DNA of 63,976 nucleotides from a virus. This document shows positions 51,255 to 61,951 of this stretch, in pieces. Every line of letters begins with the position of its first letter. Positions within the stretch are counted from its first letter, which is position 1. Location of the stretch: the IMG/VR virus record IMGVR_UViG_3300027740_000001, positions 1 to 63,976 of that record; one strand, written 5' to 3'. The notes below the pieces were generated by a model, which ran no database searches, had not been told where the DNA came from, and saw nothing but the letters and a program-made list of their open reading frames with translations. Position numbers and translations under genes: made by a program.

Positions 51255-52202
51255 ATGGCATGGCAAAAATGTTATAATGAAAGAGTACGCGATATGTTAT
51301 ATCAAACATACGGGTATGATGTAGGTAATGTCTATTGGGTAATTCAATCGTCAAAAACGTTCTATAACAGATTTGTATCAAGTCATATGTTTCTATATCC
51401 GGATGGATCTAAGTCTGTTTATTCTGACGCTGGAACCGGTGATGGTATTGCTGCAGCCATAGCGGCTTGTAAGGGCGGAAGAAATGATTATGTTATTGTC
51501 GGAACTGGAACATATGCCTTAACGGCTGCTTTGAGTTTATCCGGTAAATCATCTGTTCACCTAATGGGTCAGAATGGTGGTAATATGGATGTTGGTACAC
51601 CAGGTGCTGTCATTCTTAGGCAAGATGGTAATTATACCACCATCACACATAATGCCTTTTGCGAAGTGGCAGGATTTCAGATTGAGAACAAGATTGGATA
51701 TTCTGCAATAAATATTCCAGCAGGTATTGGTTGGACAAACACTCACAATAACCTTTTCAAATGGTCTGGTTCGGCTGGTATAGATTGTGTTAATTTCGGT
51801 TCAGGTGCCAGTTGGGGTTCCATCCATCACAACAAGTTTGTTCAATGGGCTGGAACGGGTGGACGTGCATGCATTTACATTGGTAATGCTGCAACGACTG
51901 CAGTAACTGTTTCCAACAATGACATCATTGCTTTTGGTGATGGTCTTGTTTGGGATTACGGGATTTTGCATACTGGTCTTGGCGGATTAGTCAAGGATAA
52001 CTATATCTCTGAGTCCGGAGGAACAGATGCAGTTGGTGGTGCCACTATCACCGTAGCCATTGAAGCAGGCGTTGCCTGTGGTGTTATTAATAACAGATGT
52101 GCTGTTGCTACGGGTCAAGGTCTAAATGGCGGTACTGCAAACATTACATTTGTTGACAATAGAGATGGTCAAGCTGGTGGTGCAGCTGCCATCACCACTT
52201 AA
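51255..52202 (+). CDS. Right-handed beta-helix (pectate-lyase-like) protein
   Basis: It has Gly/Asn-rich repetitive coils and the N-terminal GTGDGIAAAIAACKGGRNDYVIVGTGTY. AAGGAG lies upstream. Confidence 0.6.
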   Translation: MAWQKCYNERVRDMLYQTYGYDVGNVYWVIQSSKTFYNRFVSSHMFLYPDGSKSVYSDAGTGDGIAAAIAACKGGRNDYVIVGTGTYALTAALSLSGKSSVHLMGQNGGNMDVGTPGAVILRQDGNYTTITHNAFCEVAGFQIENKIGYSAINIPAGIGWTNTHNNLFKWSGSAGIDCVNFGSGASWGSIHHNKFVQWAGTGGRACIYIGNAATTAVTVSNNDIIAFGDGLVWDYGILHTGLGGLVKDNYISESGGTDAVGGATITVAIEAGVACGVINNRCAVATGQGLNGGTANITFVDNRDGQAGGAAAITT

Positions 52203-52247
52203 TGTACGAATAGACCATATTGCATTGGTTAGCAAATAACAAAAATA

Positions 52248-52290
52248 GGGGAAGGAAGGTAATAAAATCCTTCTTTCCCTTTTTCATTTC
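52248..52290 (+). terminator. Rho-independent terminator
   Basis: GGGGAAGGAAGG (52248..52259) pairs with CCTTCTTTCCCT (52269..52280), with one G-U, and is followed by TTTTTCATTT. Confidence 0.75.
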
Positions 52291-52299
52291 GGAGGTAAC

Positions 52300-52641
52300 A
52301 TGAGGCGCTTTGCACACAGAAGTTGTGGTAAATTCCCGAGGCAGGCATACGCGATTGCCGCAACCGGAACCACGTTCGACGCTACGTACGCTGTAGATGG
52401 AAACATCCTGACCCGGTATATTCTTGAATGTTACGATTCGACCGGAAACAGAACGCGTACCCTGTCTATCATAGACGAGAACAGCGTTACGATATTCACA
52501 GGTTCTGCACATGCTGATGCTGATAACTATTCAGTACCAGTTGATATCGAACTCGACGGAGTGTACACGTTCAGAATTACATTATCCGGCGCTGCCGGTG
52601 GAACCGGTGGTACAGATTATCTAACCCTTATGGTTCGATAG
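52300..52641 (+). CDS. Hypothetical structural-block protein (113 aa)
   Basis: GGAGG lies 6 nt before the ATG. Confidence 0.55.
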   Translation: MRRFAHRSCGKFPRQAYAIAATGTTFDATYAVDGNILTRYILECYDSTGNRTRTLSIIDENSVTIFTGSAHADADNYSVPVDIELDGVYTFRITLSGAAGGTGGTDYLTLMVR

Positions 52642-52649
52642 GGGGTAAA

Positions 52650-53999
52650 ATGCGACCTGTTATTTCTAAACATTGGCAACCGTATCCGATTACCCCGGAG
52701 TGTAAGCTGTACCTACCACTGTATAAGTATGGTTCTAATACACAGAAGATGTGGGACATAAGCGGGAACCATAATGATGGGGTTGTGTCTGGATGTGTTC
52801 CGTACCCGGGTAATCCCAGCCTTACACAGCTTGGCGCTACGTATAATTATGGTGACTTCACCGCCACCAACGCCTTCTTCTGGAGCAGTATTGATCTATC
52901 ATCCCTCGCCGGAACAGATTTAGGTTATACTCCAAACCGGGTTGTAGTCGTTGACGGTGCCGGTAAAATCGCCACCGGCTACCTTGCTGGAGTTGGGGCA
53001 GGGGAGACGTTGGGGGATGAGTTAGTAACGAATGGAAATTTTGCTTCCGCTGAACCGCCTGGAACTGCTTGGATAAAAGAAGCAGTATGGACGGTAAGTG
53101 GAGGAGTTGGTGTTTGTGCGGGAAGTGGATCTATATTTCAAGTGATTAGTTGGTCTGTAGGCGGATTATATAAAGTAACGTTGGACTTAATTTCACGTGC
53201 CGCTGGATCAGAAGCACTTACACTGAATGGGGTAATTGTAATAGACTATCAAAGTATTCCAGCAAACTACACAGGATATCAGACGGCATTCGCAGGTAGT
53301 GATAATTATATTTTGGTTTATGGAAATGTTTTTACTGGAACAATAGATAATGCAATTCTCAAGCGTGTCACCGACCCTCCCGCCATCGGCCTTCATGTGG
53401 TGTCCTCCCTCAATGGCACAACGAGGGCGTGGGAGAGCGTGGAGAGTGGATTTAATCCGAATACGATAACAAGCTGGTCAATCCACAGCATAATCCCAAG
53501 CGAGTGCATTGGTTGGTACTTCAATGGAGTAGATGACAGAATTGTTCATCCATCTATCACATTAACTAAAACTCACACCCTACACTACTGGCTTAAACGC
53601 ACAAGTACCGACGACACGCCGGTCATCCACGGGGGTACCGCAGATTATCATGGACTAAAAATAACAGATACAACGGTAAGCTACAGCGCGGCGGCTGGAA
53701 GTGTTGTTGCGGTTTCACATAATGGTGTTGACACAACTACCAGAAACACTCTATTCAGCGTTACCAGGCTTCTCGACCAGGTTACATTTTACCAGGATGG
53801 TTTGCAGATCTGTGCTACGCAAACACTTCCCGTGAACGACAACCAAACCCTAACCGATCTCGGACGGTATTCAGACGGAACGTACTATTTTAACGGAATT
53901 CTGTATGACGTTCTTGTGTATAGTGATTGTCATTCCGCGCAGGATGTTCGAAACTTTTATGAATTAACACGTCACATCTATGGGAACCAGGGAACATGA
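52650..53999 (+). CDS. LamG/concanavalin-like jelly-roll domain protein (449 aa)
   Basis: The C-terminal half, FNGVDDRIV...HYWLKR...FYQDG...YYFNGILYDVLVYSDCHSAQDVRNFY, fits the Laminin_G_3 pattern. Confidence 0.65.
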   Translation: MRPVISKHWQPYPITPECKLYLPLYKYGSNTQKMWDISGNHNDGVVSGCVPYPGNPSLTQLGATYNYGDFTATNAFFWSSIDLSSLAGTDLGYTPNRVVVVDGAGKIATGYLAGVGAGETLGDELVTNGNFASAEPPGTAWIKEAVWTVSGGVGVCAGSGSIFQVISWSVGGLYKVTLDLISRAAGSEALTLNGVIVIDYQSIPANYTGYQTAFAGSDNYILVYGNVFTGTIDNAILKRVTDPPAIGLHVVSSLNGTTRAWESVESGFNPNTITSWSIHSIIPSECIGWYFNGVDDRIVHPSITLTKTHTLHYWLKRTSTDDTPVIHGGTADYHGLKITDTTVSYSAAAGSVVAVSHNGVDTTTRNTLFSVTRLLDQVTFYQDGLQICATQTLPVNDNQTLTDLGRYSDGTYYFNGILYDVLVYSDCHSAQDVRNFYELTRHIYGNQGT

Positions 54000-54901
54000 A
54001 CATAAAAGAGATTATCGACAATACCCGTAGTGATATCCTTGACGACACAGTACGTCCGTACCTATGGACAGACCTCGGACTCATTACGTGTCTCAACCGT
54101 GCATATGACGAACTCGCCCGTGACACCTGGTGTATTATTGATTCAGAAACAACCGCTGTGTGTCGTGTTCCACTATTAGCGTACCAAACGCTTCACTCTC
54201 TACACGCCAAGATCGTAAACGTATTCGACGCTCGACTGGAGAGCAACGGTCATCCACTACGTAAGAAGACAGAAGCATACATGTCTGGTATGTACAACTG
54301 GAGAGCATCTACCGGTACACCATACCTTCTCGTGATGGATAGTACACACCGTAAGTTTTCTGCCTACCCTAAGTACGACGATGAGGGATACATTCTTGGT
54401 GCATCCGATATATCATTCGATTCTGCCAGCAAAACCATATCCACTGCGGTTTCTACGTCTGACTTCTCTGCCGGTGATAGTTTCGCAATCTCAGGAACAA
54501 CATCTAACAATGGAACGTTCACGGTGGACAGTGTTGGTGCTACGAGTATTGTTACGGTCGAAGCCCTGGTAGACGAAGCGTTAACGAGTGCGCTGATTCA
54601 ACTTGAACGAGACGCAGCTATCCTTCGTGTAGCTCGGTTACCACTCGTACCATATGTTCCAAACGATCTCGAACTGGCAATCCCACCTACACCGGAAATA
54701 GACGCATCCGATCATCACGGACTAATGAATGGTATAGCAAAGTACGCGTACATGAAGCGAGATTCAGAGACATACGACGCAGAACTTTCAGCTCGACACG
54801 CTGGTATCTTCCAGCAGTTCAAGGATGATTTACGATTAAGGATGCTAATCTTAACGAGTGGTAATGAATTACAGGGATCACCACACCTTGGTACACTATA
54901 A
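53996..54901 (+). CDS. Structural protein (301 aa), head-tail adaptor candidate (weak)
   Basis: ORF overlapping the upstream stop. The assignment rests on position only. Confidence 0.5.
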   Translation: MNIKEIIDNTRSDILDDTVRPYLWTDLGLITCLNRAYDELARDTWCIIDSETTAVCRVPLLAYQTLHSLHAKIVNVFDARLESNGHPLRKKTEAYMSGMYNWRASTGTPYLLVMDSTHRKFSAYPKYDDEGYILGASDISFDSASKTISTAVSTSDFSAGDSFAISGTTSNNGTFTVDSVGATSIVTVEALVDEALTSALIQLERDAAILRVARLPLVPYVPNDLELAIPPTPEIDASDHHGLMNGIAKYAYMKRDSETYDAELSARHAGIFQQFKDDLRLRMLILTSGNELQGSPHLGTL

Positions 54902-55065
54902 TGGAGCATACTACCCAAAAAGATCTAATAAATGATGTTCAAGAACTTCCATATGATAGGAATTCGCTTACACTGCACGGTTTCGGACTCGATGAATTTG
55001 GTGAGGGGCCATTTGGCTTGGGTGATATAACGCTTGGAAATTCATACACATATGGTATCGATTAA
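54901..55065 (+). CDS. Small protein (54 aa)
   Basis: Manually found ORF with a TAATG overlap on the previous stop. Confidence 0.4.
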   Translation: MEHTTQKDLINDVQELPYDRNSLTLHGFGLDEFGEGPFGLGDITLGNSYTYGID

Positions 55066-55067
55066 TA

Positions 55068-56756
55068 ATGGGAACAAAAACTACAAACTATAACTGGGAT
55101 ATATTTAATAAGGGACAGAGACCATACTGGGATGAATGGGTTACGCTTATGGGTTCCATTGACACAGAACTCTATAAGCGCACAAAAGACCTATATATGC
55201 AGGGGAAGATCATTTATGGAGCAGAAGCAAGCGGCGGAGATTTACTTCTTAAGTCTACCTCCCATGCCACCAAAGGGAAAATCTATTTTGGGGCAAATGC
55301 TTATTTTGATGAAGCAAATGAGAGATTAAACAGATTGAGTGTCGGTGGTTTATTTTTAGATCCTCGTAAGCATGGGGTTACGTTTGATAACGTGACAGAT
55401 GACACTGACGCATGGAATGACACCTTAGCAGAAGCAGAAGCAACTGGTTTGGCAATCATGGCTCCATGTGGATCATCATATATCGCAGGGCAACTTGTTC
55501 TTCCTAATAATGGTGCCACTCCTCCGAAACAACGATCCATTAAAATAATTGGAGCTGGAAATTTCATACAAGCAATGGGAAGCCTGACGGTTCCATATGG
55601 TGGTACTATTTTGAGGATGACTTATGCGGGTGGCCCTAAAATCCAAACTACTGGAATAGGGGTATTGGAAGTTTATGGTTGCACCTTATATGACGATACC
55701 GACGGAACTCAGCCATTTATTTATACAACTAACACAACTTTAAAAATTCATGATAGCACGTTTTGGGGTAAGACTCAAAATACTCCAGTCCAGGATGCCA
55801 TTATCCTTGGAGGAATAACTACTGGTACTGGATTTCAGGGATACGGTACGGTTATTCAAGACAATTATTTTAACAATATTAGGAAGGGTGTTTACGGAAG
55901 AGTTTGGGCTAATGCAAACTTGATATCTGGGAACACGTTTTGGACCGGATGCGGAGGTGGGGCGACTGACGGAGCAATTACATTTGATGGAATTGCTGCA
56001 TCTCTAAGTTACGACATGGGAAATTATATTCACTCTAATACAGTTGAAATGGCAAACTATGTCTACGGAATTTTCTTAGATCAAAGTGTCAACAATCTCC
56101 TATTGGGAAATTCTTTTTATGATGCAGGGGTTACATCGCTCGCGGCTATTAGGATGGACACAAACTCAAGTAGTGAAATCATTATCAATGGCTATGTTGA
56201 TCCAGCCATATTGGGTCTGAGTGCTGCCACTGAAAACATCGGGATTTACATACCGGCAACTCAGAATCTTACCTCAATCTTCGGGTCTCAGAATCCACTA
56301 AGGGTGAACGCAGGAATTACAGTAAGTCATTCCGCTGGATTAGAAATTGTGTATCCGACAAATTCTGACAATATGAGAATCAGGCCAGCAGCTTCAGACA
56401 CAATTTATTTCTTCCGCACCCGTTTAGGAAAATCTGAAATTCCGTACTTATATTTGCAGGGTTTTTATACAGTGGATGAACTTACAACTTTTGATATTAA
56501 TCCCGGAAATTATTGGAATGCAAAATTCAGGTTTGATTCTGCGGGAAATATGATGCTCCACAGTGATGCCATTTATTTTAAGTCGTGGAATGGCACGAAT
56601 ATATCCTATTATTCTGGTGGAATTTTAAACTTAATTGGAGACATTAATTTCTTAACGGCTGGCAAGGGAGTCATTCTTAAAAACTCCGCCGGAACAGTAA
56701 CAAAACGAGTCCGGCTGAATGATGATGGAGATGGATTGATCTTTGAAGCAGCATAG
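55068..56756 (+). CDS. Tailspike/depolymerase-like beta-helix protein (562 aa)
   Basis: The N-terminal YNWDIFNKG..W.....L...ID is a fibre-type motif. GVTFDNVTDDTDAWNDTLAEAEATGLAIMAPCGSSYIAG is a pectate-lyase-3-like entry followed by repetitive coils. Confidence 0.7.
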   Translation: MGTKTTNYNWDIFNKGQRPYWDEWVTLMGSIDTELYKRTKDLYMQGKIIYGAEASGGDLLLKSTSHATKGKIYFGANAYFDEANERLNRLSVGGLFLDPRKHGVTFDNVTDDTDAWNDTLAEAEATGLAIMAPCGSSYIAGQLVLPNNGATPPKQRSIKIIGAGNFIQAMGSLTVPYGGTILRMTYAGGPKIQTTGIGVLEVYGCTLYDDTDGTQPFIYTTNTTLKIHDSTFWGKTQNTPVQDAIILGGITTGTGFQGYGTVIQDNYFNNIRKGVYGRVWANANLISGNTFWTGCGGGATDGAITFDGIAASLSYDMGNYIHSNTVEMANYVYGIFLDQSVNNLLLGNSFYDAGVTSLAAIRMDTNSSSEIIINGYVDPAILGLSAATENIGIYIPATQNLTSIFGSQNPLRVNAGITVSHSAGLEIVYPTNSDNMRIRPAASDTIYFFRTRLGKSEIPYLYLQGFYTVDELTTFDINPGNYWNAKFRFDSAGNMMLHSDAIYFKSWNGTNISYYSGGILNLIGDINFLTAGKGVILKNSAGTVTKRVRLNDDGDGLIFEAA

Positions 56757-56764
56757 GAGACCTT

Positions 56765-56920
56765 ATGGACGAACTTAAAAAGAACATCGAGAATATTTTA
56801 AATCAATTTGCACAAGAAGAACTTGGAAATCGGTTGAGTCAGTTTGCGATGATGTCGCTTAAGAACCTGATTCTGATAAAAATTGATGAACAAATTAAAT
56901 CAGAAGTAAAGAAGGAATAA
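56765..56920 (+). CDS. Small helical protein (51 aa)
   Basis: AGGAGA lies 5 nt before the ATG. Manually found ORF that abuts the next ATG. Confidence 0.45.
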   Translation: MDELKKNIENILNQFAQEELGNRLSQFAMMSLKNLILIKIDEQIKSEVKKE

Positions 56921-57958
56921 ATGACTGAATATCTCATCAGGTTTAAGAAAATTCTCGGTATCGATAATACATCCAACCTATTCTCTGACAGAATCAAGGG
57001 TAATGGAATATTCCTATACGAATGCGATAACATAGATATTGACGACGAAAACAAGCCACACCGCAGAGAGGGTGACGAAGAGCTTGTCGTGAGCGGCTCA
57101 GACAAACACAGCATATGGTCGAATGGCGACATATTCCTGTACGTAGATGGAACTACACTGAAGAAGCTTAGTACAGATCATGCACCCGAAACGCTGATAA
57201 CAGATATCGATCCAACTGACCGTATGTGCTATGTAGACGTAAATGGTACAGCGTACTTCTCGAACGGATCTATAATCGGGTATGTGTTCGATGGGCTTCC
57301 ATATCCGTTTCCGGAACCATCTCTACCAACCATCAGGTTAAAGGTTAACGGAAATATTGTAATGATGCAAAATCCGGCATTATCATTTAAGATAAAAATG
57401 ATTGGTGGTCAATGCCTGGAGTTTTACAATAGCAGACTATACGCTGCGAATGGACATAATTTAATGTATTCTGATGCAGCAATTCTTACCCAGATGGATA
57501 AGCGTAGAAACGTTATCGCGTTTCCGGATAGAATCACCATGGTTAAGGCTGTACTTGACGGTATATATGTTGGAACCAAAAACGCCGTGTTCTTTCAAAA
57601 GGGTTCCGATCCAAACACGGACTTTACGCAGATGCAGGTTTCGGGTGATGGTGAGGGCGCGACAGAGGGGACATCCATTATTATTAAGGATGATGACATC
57701 GGACGTGGTGTTACTGGTCGTGTAGCATACTGGTTGTCATCCATGACTGGATCGGTATACAGGGGGTTACCTGGTGGTCTTGTAATACAGTGCCAGAAAG
57801 GGTTATTTGCTACGGAAGATCTTGACACGGGAACCGCCATCTTAAAATATGATCATGGGTATCAGCAGTACCTCGCCGTTTGTCCACTCATTCCAGGTAT
57901 GGGTGGCGCTACGGGTGAGGTCAAAATAACAAAAACGTCAGCAGAAGGATTAGGCTAA
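56921..57958 (+). CDS. Structural protein (345 aa)
   Basis: ORF-track ORF in the tail-gene string. Confidence 0.6.
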   Translation: MTEYLIRFKKILGIDNTSNLFSDRIKGNGIFLYECDNIDIDDENKPHRREGDEELVVSGSDKHSIWSNGDIFLYVDGTTLKKLSTDHAPETLITDIDPTDRMCYVDVNGTAYFSNGSIIGYVFDGLPYPFPEPSLPTIRLKVNGNIVMMQNPALSFKIKMIGGQCLEFYNSRLYAANGHNLMYSDAAILTQMDKRRNVIAFPDRITMVKAVLDGIYVGTKNAVFFQKGSDPNTDFTQMQVSGDGEGATEGTSIIIKDDDIGRGVTGRVAYWLSSMTGSVYRGLPGGLVIQCQKGLFATEDLDTGTAILKYDHGYQQYLAVCPLIPGMGGATGEVKITKTSAEGLG

Positions 57959-57971
57959 AGGAGGTTTACAA

Positions 57972-58766
57972 ATGAGTGAAAGGTTGAGCACGGGACTTAG
58001 GAACTGGATGCTTGGGTATGGATCGATGCGCGAAGCACTTCAGGATTGTGTAATGAAAATCTATTCTGGGTCTGCACCTGCAGAAGCAGACGATGCGGTA
58101 ACCGGCGTATTATTGGCTACCGTTACAAAGTCAAGCGGAACCGTAACTGGTGGATACTGGAATAATGGATTGCTTGGTGAGCGATCAATTTACAATACGT
58201 GGAAGATGACACTTGACGGAGACCACGCAACTGGTAATACATGTAAGTTTACCATTAACCACAATAGTGCCGGAGCAGTCGCTTATACGTATACCAACAC
58301 ACCAGACCAAACGGCAGAGGGTGTTCTGCTTGACATAATCCAGGTAATTAACGATCTTGGATTTGTTAAGGCATCCCCAGGTGTTGTGGCATCTCACGAA
58401 ATTATCGTAAGGTGTACAATGGCTGGTGATGATATTGTCATCGCTGACAATACAGGTGACATTACGGTTACACCGCTTGAGCTTGACGTTGAAGCAAGGG
58501 TTGATACGCTCTTTTTTGCGCTTCCATCTTCCGGAGCAATGTCAAAGGGTACGGATACGTGGTCTGGCCTTATAGCAACGTCAGGTGTTGCCGGGTACTT
58601 CCGTATTGTAAAGCCAGAAGACGATGGGACCGATTCCTCGACACCAATAAGGTTTCAGGGTGCAGTTTCAACGTCCGGAGCAGAGCTTAACCTATCAACC
58701 ACGAGTTTGGTAGCGGCTACCACCCTTACGATTGATACGTTTTCTATTTCATTACCAGCCGAATAA
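57972..58766 (+). CDS. Structural protein (264 aa)
   Basis: AAGGAGG lies upstream of the ATG. Confidence 0.6.
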   Translation: MSERLSTGLRNWMLGYGSMREALQDCVMKIYSGSAPAEADDAVTGVLLATVTKSSGTVTGGYWNNGLLGERSIYNTWKMTLDGDHATGNTCKFTINHNSAGAVAYTYTNTPDQTAEGVLLDIIQVINDLGFVKASPGVVASHEIIVRCTMAGDDIVIADNTGDITVTPLELDVEARVDTLFFALPSSGAMSKGTDTWSGLIATSGVAGYFRIVKPEDDGTDSSTPIRFQGAVSTSGAELNLSTTSLVAATTLTIDTFSISLPAE

Positions 58767-58800
58767 TATTTTATTCGCCAACAAAATCGGAGGATAAAGT

Positions 58801-59697
58801 ATGGCTGTTAATGGCGTTGGAGTTTTTCAGTTACCGATACCTATCGTACTTGGCGCTGATAAACCATCCGGCGTGTTTAATATTCCTATATTTGAGGTGT
58901 CCGGTGCTGGGTACACAACCGGTGGGCCGTTTTCCATCCCAATCCCGGTCGCATATGGAACCGGAAGATGTGAAGCTCCCGTAGGTTTGTTTCGCGTTCC
59001 TGTACCTTCTGTCACAGCACACGGATATGCTGGTGTGCTTGGAACAGGTATCTTCAATGTTCCGGTAGTAGAAGTCTCTGGTGGTCAAATCCTTCTTCGG
59101 GGGACAGGTACATTTACCATCCCCCAGTTTGTTATCAACACAATCACACCTGGACACGGTGTTGGGTCGGTAACGCTTCCCGTACCAATATACTCGGGAT
59201 TTGGTACGCTTGTCCCGATCTCGAAGGTATACCGTGGTATTGCAATGAACATCAATAACCAGGCTATATCTACGTATAGCAATTTCAACTTCGATAGCCT
59301 GGCTTATTTCAACGGTTCATATTACGGTGTGAATAATCATGGTATATACAAACTTGGTGGTGGCAAAGATAACCTTACACGTGATATCATCTCCAAGATA
59401 AAAACCGGGTCTATGAACTTTGGTGATGGAACTATCAAGTATCTCCGCGATTCATGGTTAACCTTCAGATCCGATGGTCACATCCAGGTTACATTTCTTG
59501 CTGACGAAAATGAAGATATAACCTCCGTATCTCAAACCCAACTCGTAGCAGATAATGTTCGGGAAGAAAAGCTAAAATGTGGTCGTGGACTCAAGGGTAG
59601 ATTCTACACCATGGTTATCGAAAACATGTCTGGATCTAATTTTAATATTGAACAAGTTGGTATAATGATTGAATCGATTCGCAAAAAGCTCAGATAA
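58801..59697 (+). CDS. Structural protein with seven N-terminal G-x-F-x-(I/V)-P-x-(P/F) repeats
   Basis: The repeats GVFQLPIPIV, GVFNIPIFEV, GPFSIPIPVA, GLFRVPVPSV, GIFNVPVVEV, GTFTIPQFVI and GSVTLPVPIY were read from the translation. Confidence 0.65.
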   Translation: MAVNGVGVFQLPIPIVLGADKPSGVFNIPIFEVSGAGYTTGGPFSIPIPVAYGTGRCEAPVGLFRVPVPSVTAHGYAGVLGTGIFNVPVVEVSGGQILLRGTGTFTIPQFVINTITPGHGVGSVTLPVPIYSGFGTLVPISKVYRGIAMNINNQAISTYSNFNFDSLAYFNGSYYGVNNHGIYKLGGGKDNLTRDIISKIKTGSMNFGDGTIKYLRDSWLTFRSDGHIQVTFLADENEDITSVSQTQLVADNVREEKLKCGRGLKGRFYTMVIENMSGSNFNIEQVGIMIESIRKKLR

Positions 59698-61469
59698 TGG
59701 TTAACCCTGAATATAGATATCCAGGAACAAATCTTTCACGCGTACAAGACTCATCGTATACATACGTAGATTCTTTTCGTGGAGAAGCAAACAAGCTTCT
59801 ATATGAGCTAAAGAATCTAATGACGTTTCGGAACCTCGGCCAGCTTCGAATGACCAGGTTCTTCACTGACGCTTACGGAACGGTTATCATTACAGCGTGG
59901 TCATACATCAACCCTATTACCAGTGTTGCTCAAGATTTTGTTAACATAGATACAAGTTTTTCGACATTTGGTGTTGGTGGTATCATTGGAGCCAAAAAAG
60001 AATGTACTATTACGTTCATTGAATTTCCGGGTGCCGTTCCACCAATGAGGAATCCGTTAAGCGTTGCACCAAATGAGGTAGTTGGGGTAGACTACTTTAA
60101 AACATACTACACGTTAGAGGTTAAAAACTGCCCAAACTGTAAGGATGTCTCCTGGGAATTCACGTTTACATACACCGAACCTGAAGAATCGAGACATTAT
60201 ACTAATCCTGTCACTGGAAATGAAGAGTTAAACAACCATACAGTATACTCGCTATCTTCTCCAGCGTGGGGAGAATTGCTTGAGCAGGGTGAGGATAGTA
60301 ACGGAAAATACATTGTTTGGAAGGCATATACAGAGTCAGGGGATGAATCTGAATACTCAAGAACCGGCCTCGGTATAATGCTTTTAAAGGCAATCGTAAA
60401 AGACGAGAGCATGGTTGAATTGTGTAGCCAGCAACAGAAAATAGATGTAGATTGTTGTTTAAAGGATGCAGATTTAAGAAAGGTTGAAATTTGGTGGGAG
60501 GATTTTGGTGTCTGCGAGCCATTTATGTTCTATGGTGATACAAAAATATGCAAGATGCCAATAACTTTACCACAGTCTGAACTTAGGCTTTACTCCTTAC
60601 TCAGCCCATATGACAGAGCCCCACTTTACGCGATCCCTGACGTTAAGGGTGGATGTATTCCATTCGAGTGGACACTAACTGGTAAGGGAGAGCTTATTTT
60701 TCCAGATGGTCCAAACGGGATGCACTCTGGAGCCTATTTCGTTGTCAACAGGGAGGCAAATTGCCACGATACAGTCGTCATCACCCTTAGAGACAGATGT
60801 GGAACTGAGTATAAAATCGATACAACAGATCCTTGTCCTGGGGAACCGCTTTCTATTGGTTACACTACCCTTGCGATGCAATGCAATGATAGCCAAACAC
60901 TAAATGCAGCGGGGGGGATTGGTCCATACACGTGGGAGCTATCTGGAGGTGGATCGATTTCGTTTTCTGGAGAGGGTGTATCTGCTGGATACCAATCCCC
61001 ATCGTCAAATGCCAACTGTGCATATAACGCTACGATCACGGTGAGAGATTGCTGTGGAGATACTGCTTCCATTCAGATAGCTACAAATTGCAGTTCAGAT
61101 GGTGGGGCTTATTTAGTCTACACTTATGTTGACATGGGAGTTGGGGTTTGTGGTACCGGTAGGCATGATATTTATATGTATACCACACAATATCGCTGTG
61201 ATGGAACCGTAGAGACTGGTCCAACCTACTACAATCATATATGTGTCTGCCAGACAGATTTACCTCCGGGTCCACCAGCAGTTTGGTGTCAGGCATACCC
61301 AACATGGTATCCTGGAGATCCTTATTGTAAGATTGATGTATGGGGCTATTGCCATTATGATGCCACGGCTGGAAGTTATGATAATGGTGAAGCGGTAGAC
61401 CTTAGAAATGCATCACAGAAGGCAGATGGATGTTGCCCGTTGAATCCATATACAGGATTGCCATTCTAA
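59697..61469 (+). CDS. Cys-rich structural protein (590 aa) with two Ig-like repeat modules
   Basis: It has more than 25 Cys residues. Duplicated modules are FEWTLTGKGELIF...VVITLRDRCGTEYKI and YTWELSGGGSISF...ATITVRDCCGDTASI. Confidence 0.65.
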   Translation: MVNPEYRYPGTNLSRVQDSSYTYVDSFRGEANKLLYELKNLMTFRNLGQLRMTRFFTDAYGTVIITAWSYINPITSVAQDFVNIDTSFSTFGVGGIIGAKKECTITFIEFPGAVPPMRNPLSVAPNEVVGVDYFKTYYTLEVKNCPNCKDVSWEFTFTYTEPEESRHYTNPVTGNEELNNHTVYSLSSPAWGELLEQGEDSNGKYIVWKAYTESGDESEYSRTGLGIMLLKAIVKDESMVELCSQQQKIDVDCCLKDADLRKVEIWWEDFGVCEPFMFYGDTKICKMPITLPQSELRLYSLLSPYDRAPLYAIPDVKGGCIPFEWTLTGKGELIFPDGPNGMHSGAYFVVNREANCHDTVVITLRDRCGTEYKIDTTDPCPGEPLSIGYTTLAMQCNDSQTLNAAGGIGPYTWELSGGGSISFSGEGVSAGYQSPSSNANCAYNATITVRDCCGDTASIQIATNCSSDGGAYLVYTYVDMGVGVCGTGRHDIYMYTTQYRCDGTVETGPTYYNHICVCQTDLPPGPPAVWCQAYPTWYPGDPYCKIDVWGYCHYDATAGSYDNGEAVDLRNASQKADGCCPLNPYTGLPF

Positions 61470-61942
61470 TGAAATTTGATGTTTGTGAACATAGAATACG
61501 TAATATTGCAATAAGGGCAGCCAGGGAGATCCGAAAAGCCAAGGGATTATCAGAAGAGGGGAACGTTACTGTATTGTTTGAGTGGATAGCCCCTATTCTT
61601 GGAATTCCAATTGTCAAATTTAATTCCAGAATGGCAGATCACCTTCCTTCTCCGGCAGAGATTAAAGATTATAGGGGTGAATTTATCATTCCAAACAAGC
61701 CGTGTCCACAGTGTGGAAAAACTACATTTCTTGGTTCGATATGTCAATCATGTGAGGCCGCAGAGGGCGGGAAATACAAGTCGGGTTACACATGTGATGA
61801 AAAACGTGGTGGATGTGGGCTTGTTGACGATAAAACTGATGAATGGATTTCACAGAGATTAAAAAGAATTGGTATTAAAATTCCTGATGGTACAAAAGAA
61901 TCCCTCGGAATTAAAACCTTAACGAACGATGGTTTAACGTAG
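61469..61942 (+). CDS. Zinc-ribbon protein (157 aa) inside the structural block
   Basis: The ATG at 61469 is in a TAATG overlap. It contains CPQCG..CQSC..C..GCG. Confidence 0.55.
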   Translation: MKFDVCEHRIRNIAIRAAREIRKAKGLSEEGNVTVLFEWIAPILGIPIVKFNSRMADHLPSPAEIKDYRGEFIIPNKPCPQCGKTTFLGSICQSCEAAEGGKYKSGYTCDEKRGGCGLVDDKTDEWISQRLKRIGIKIPDGTKESLGIKTLTNDGLT

Positions 61943-61951
61943 GAGTAATAG

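Noticed and set aside
42826-61469. Diversity-generating retroelement acting on repeat-rich or LamG tail genes
   Set aside because: No reverse-transcriptase-like ORF (no YxDD motif protein) and no template/variable repeat pair were seen.
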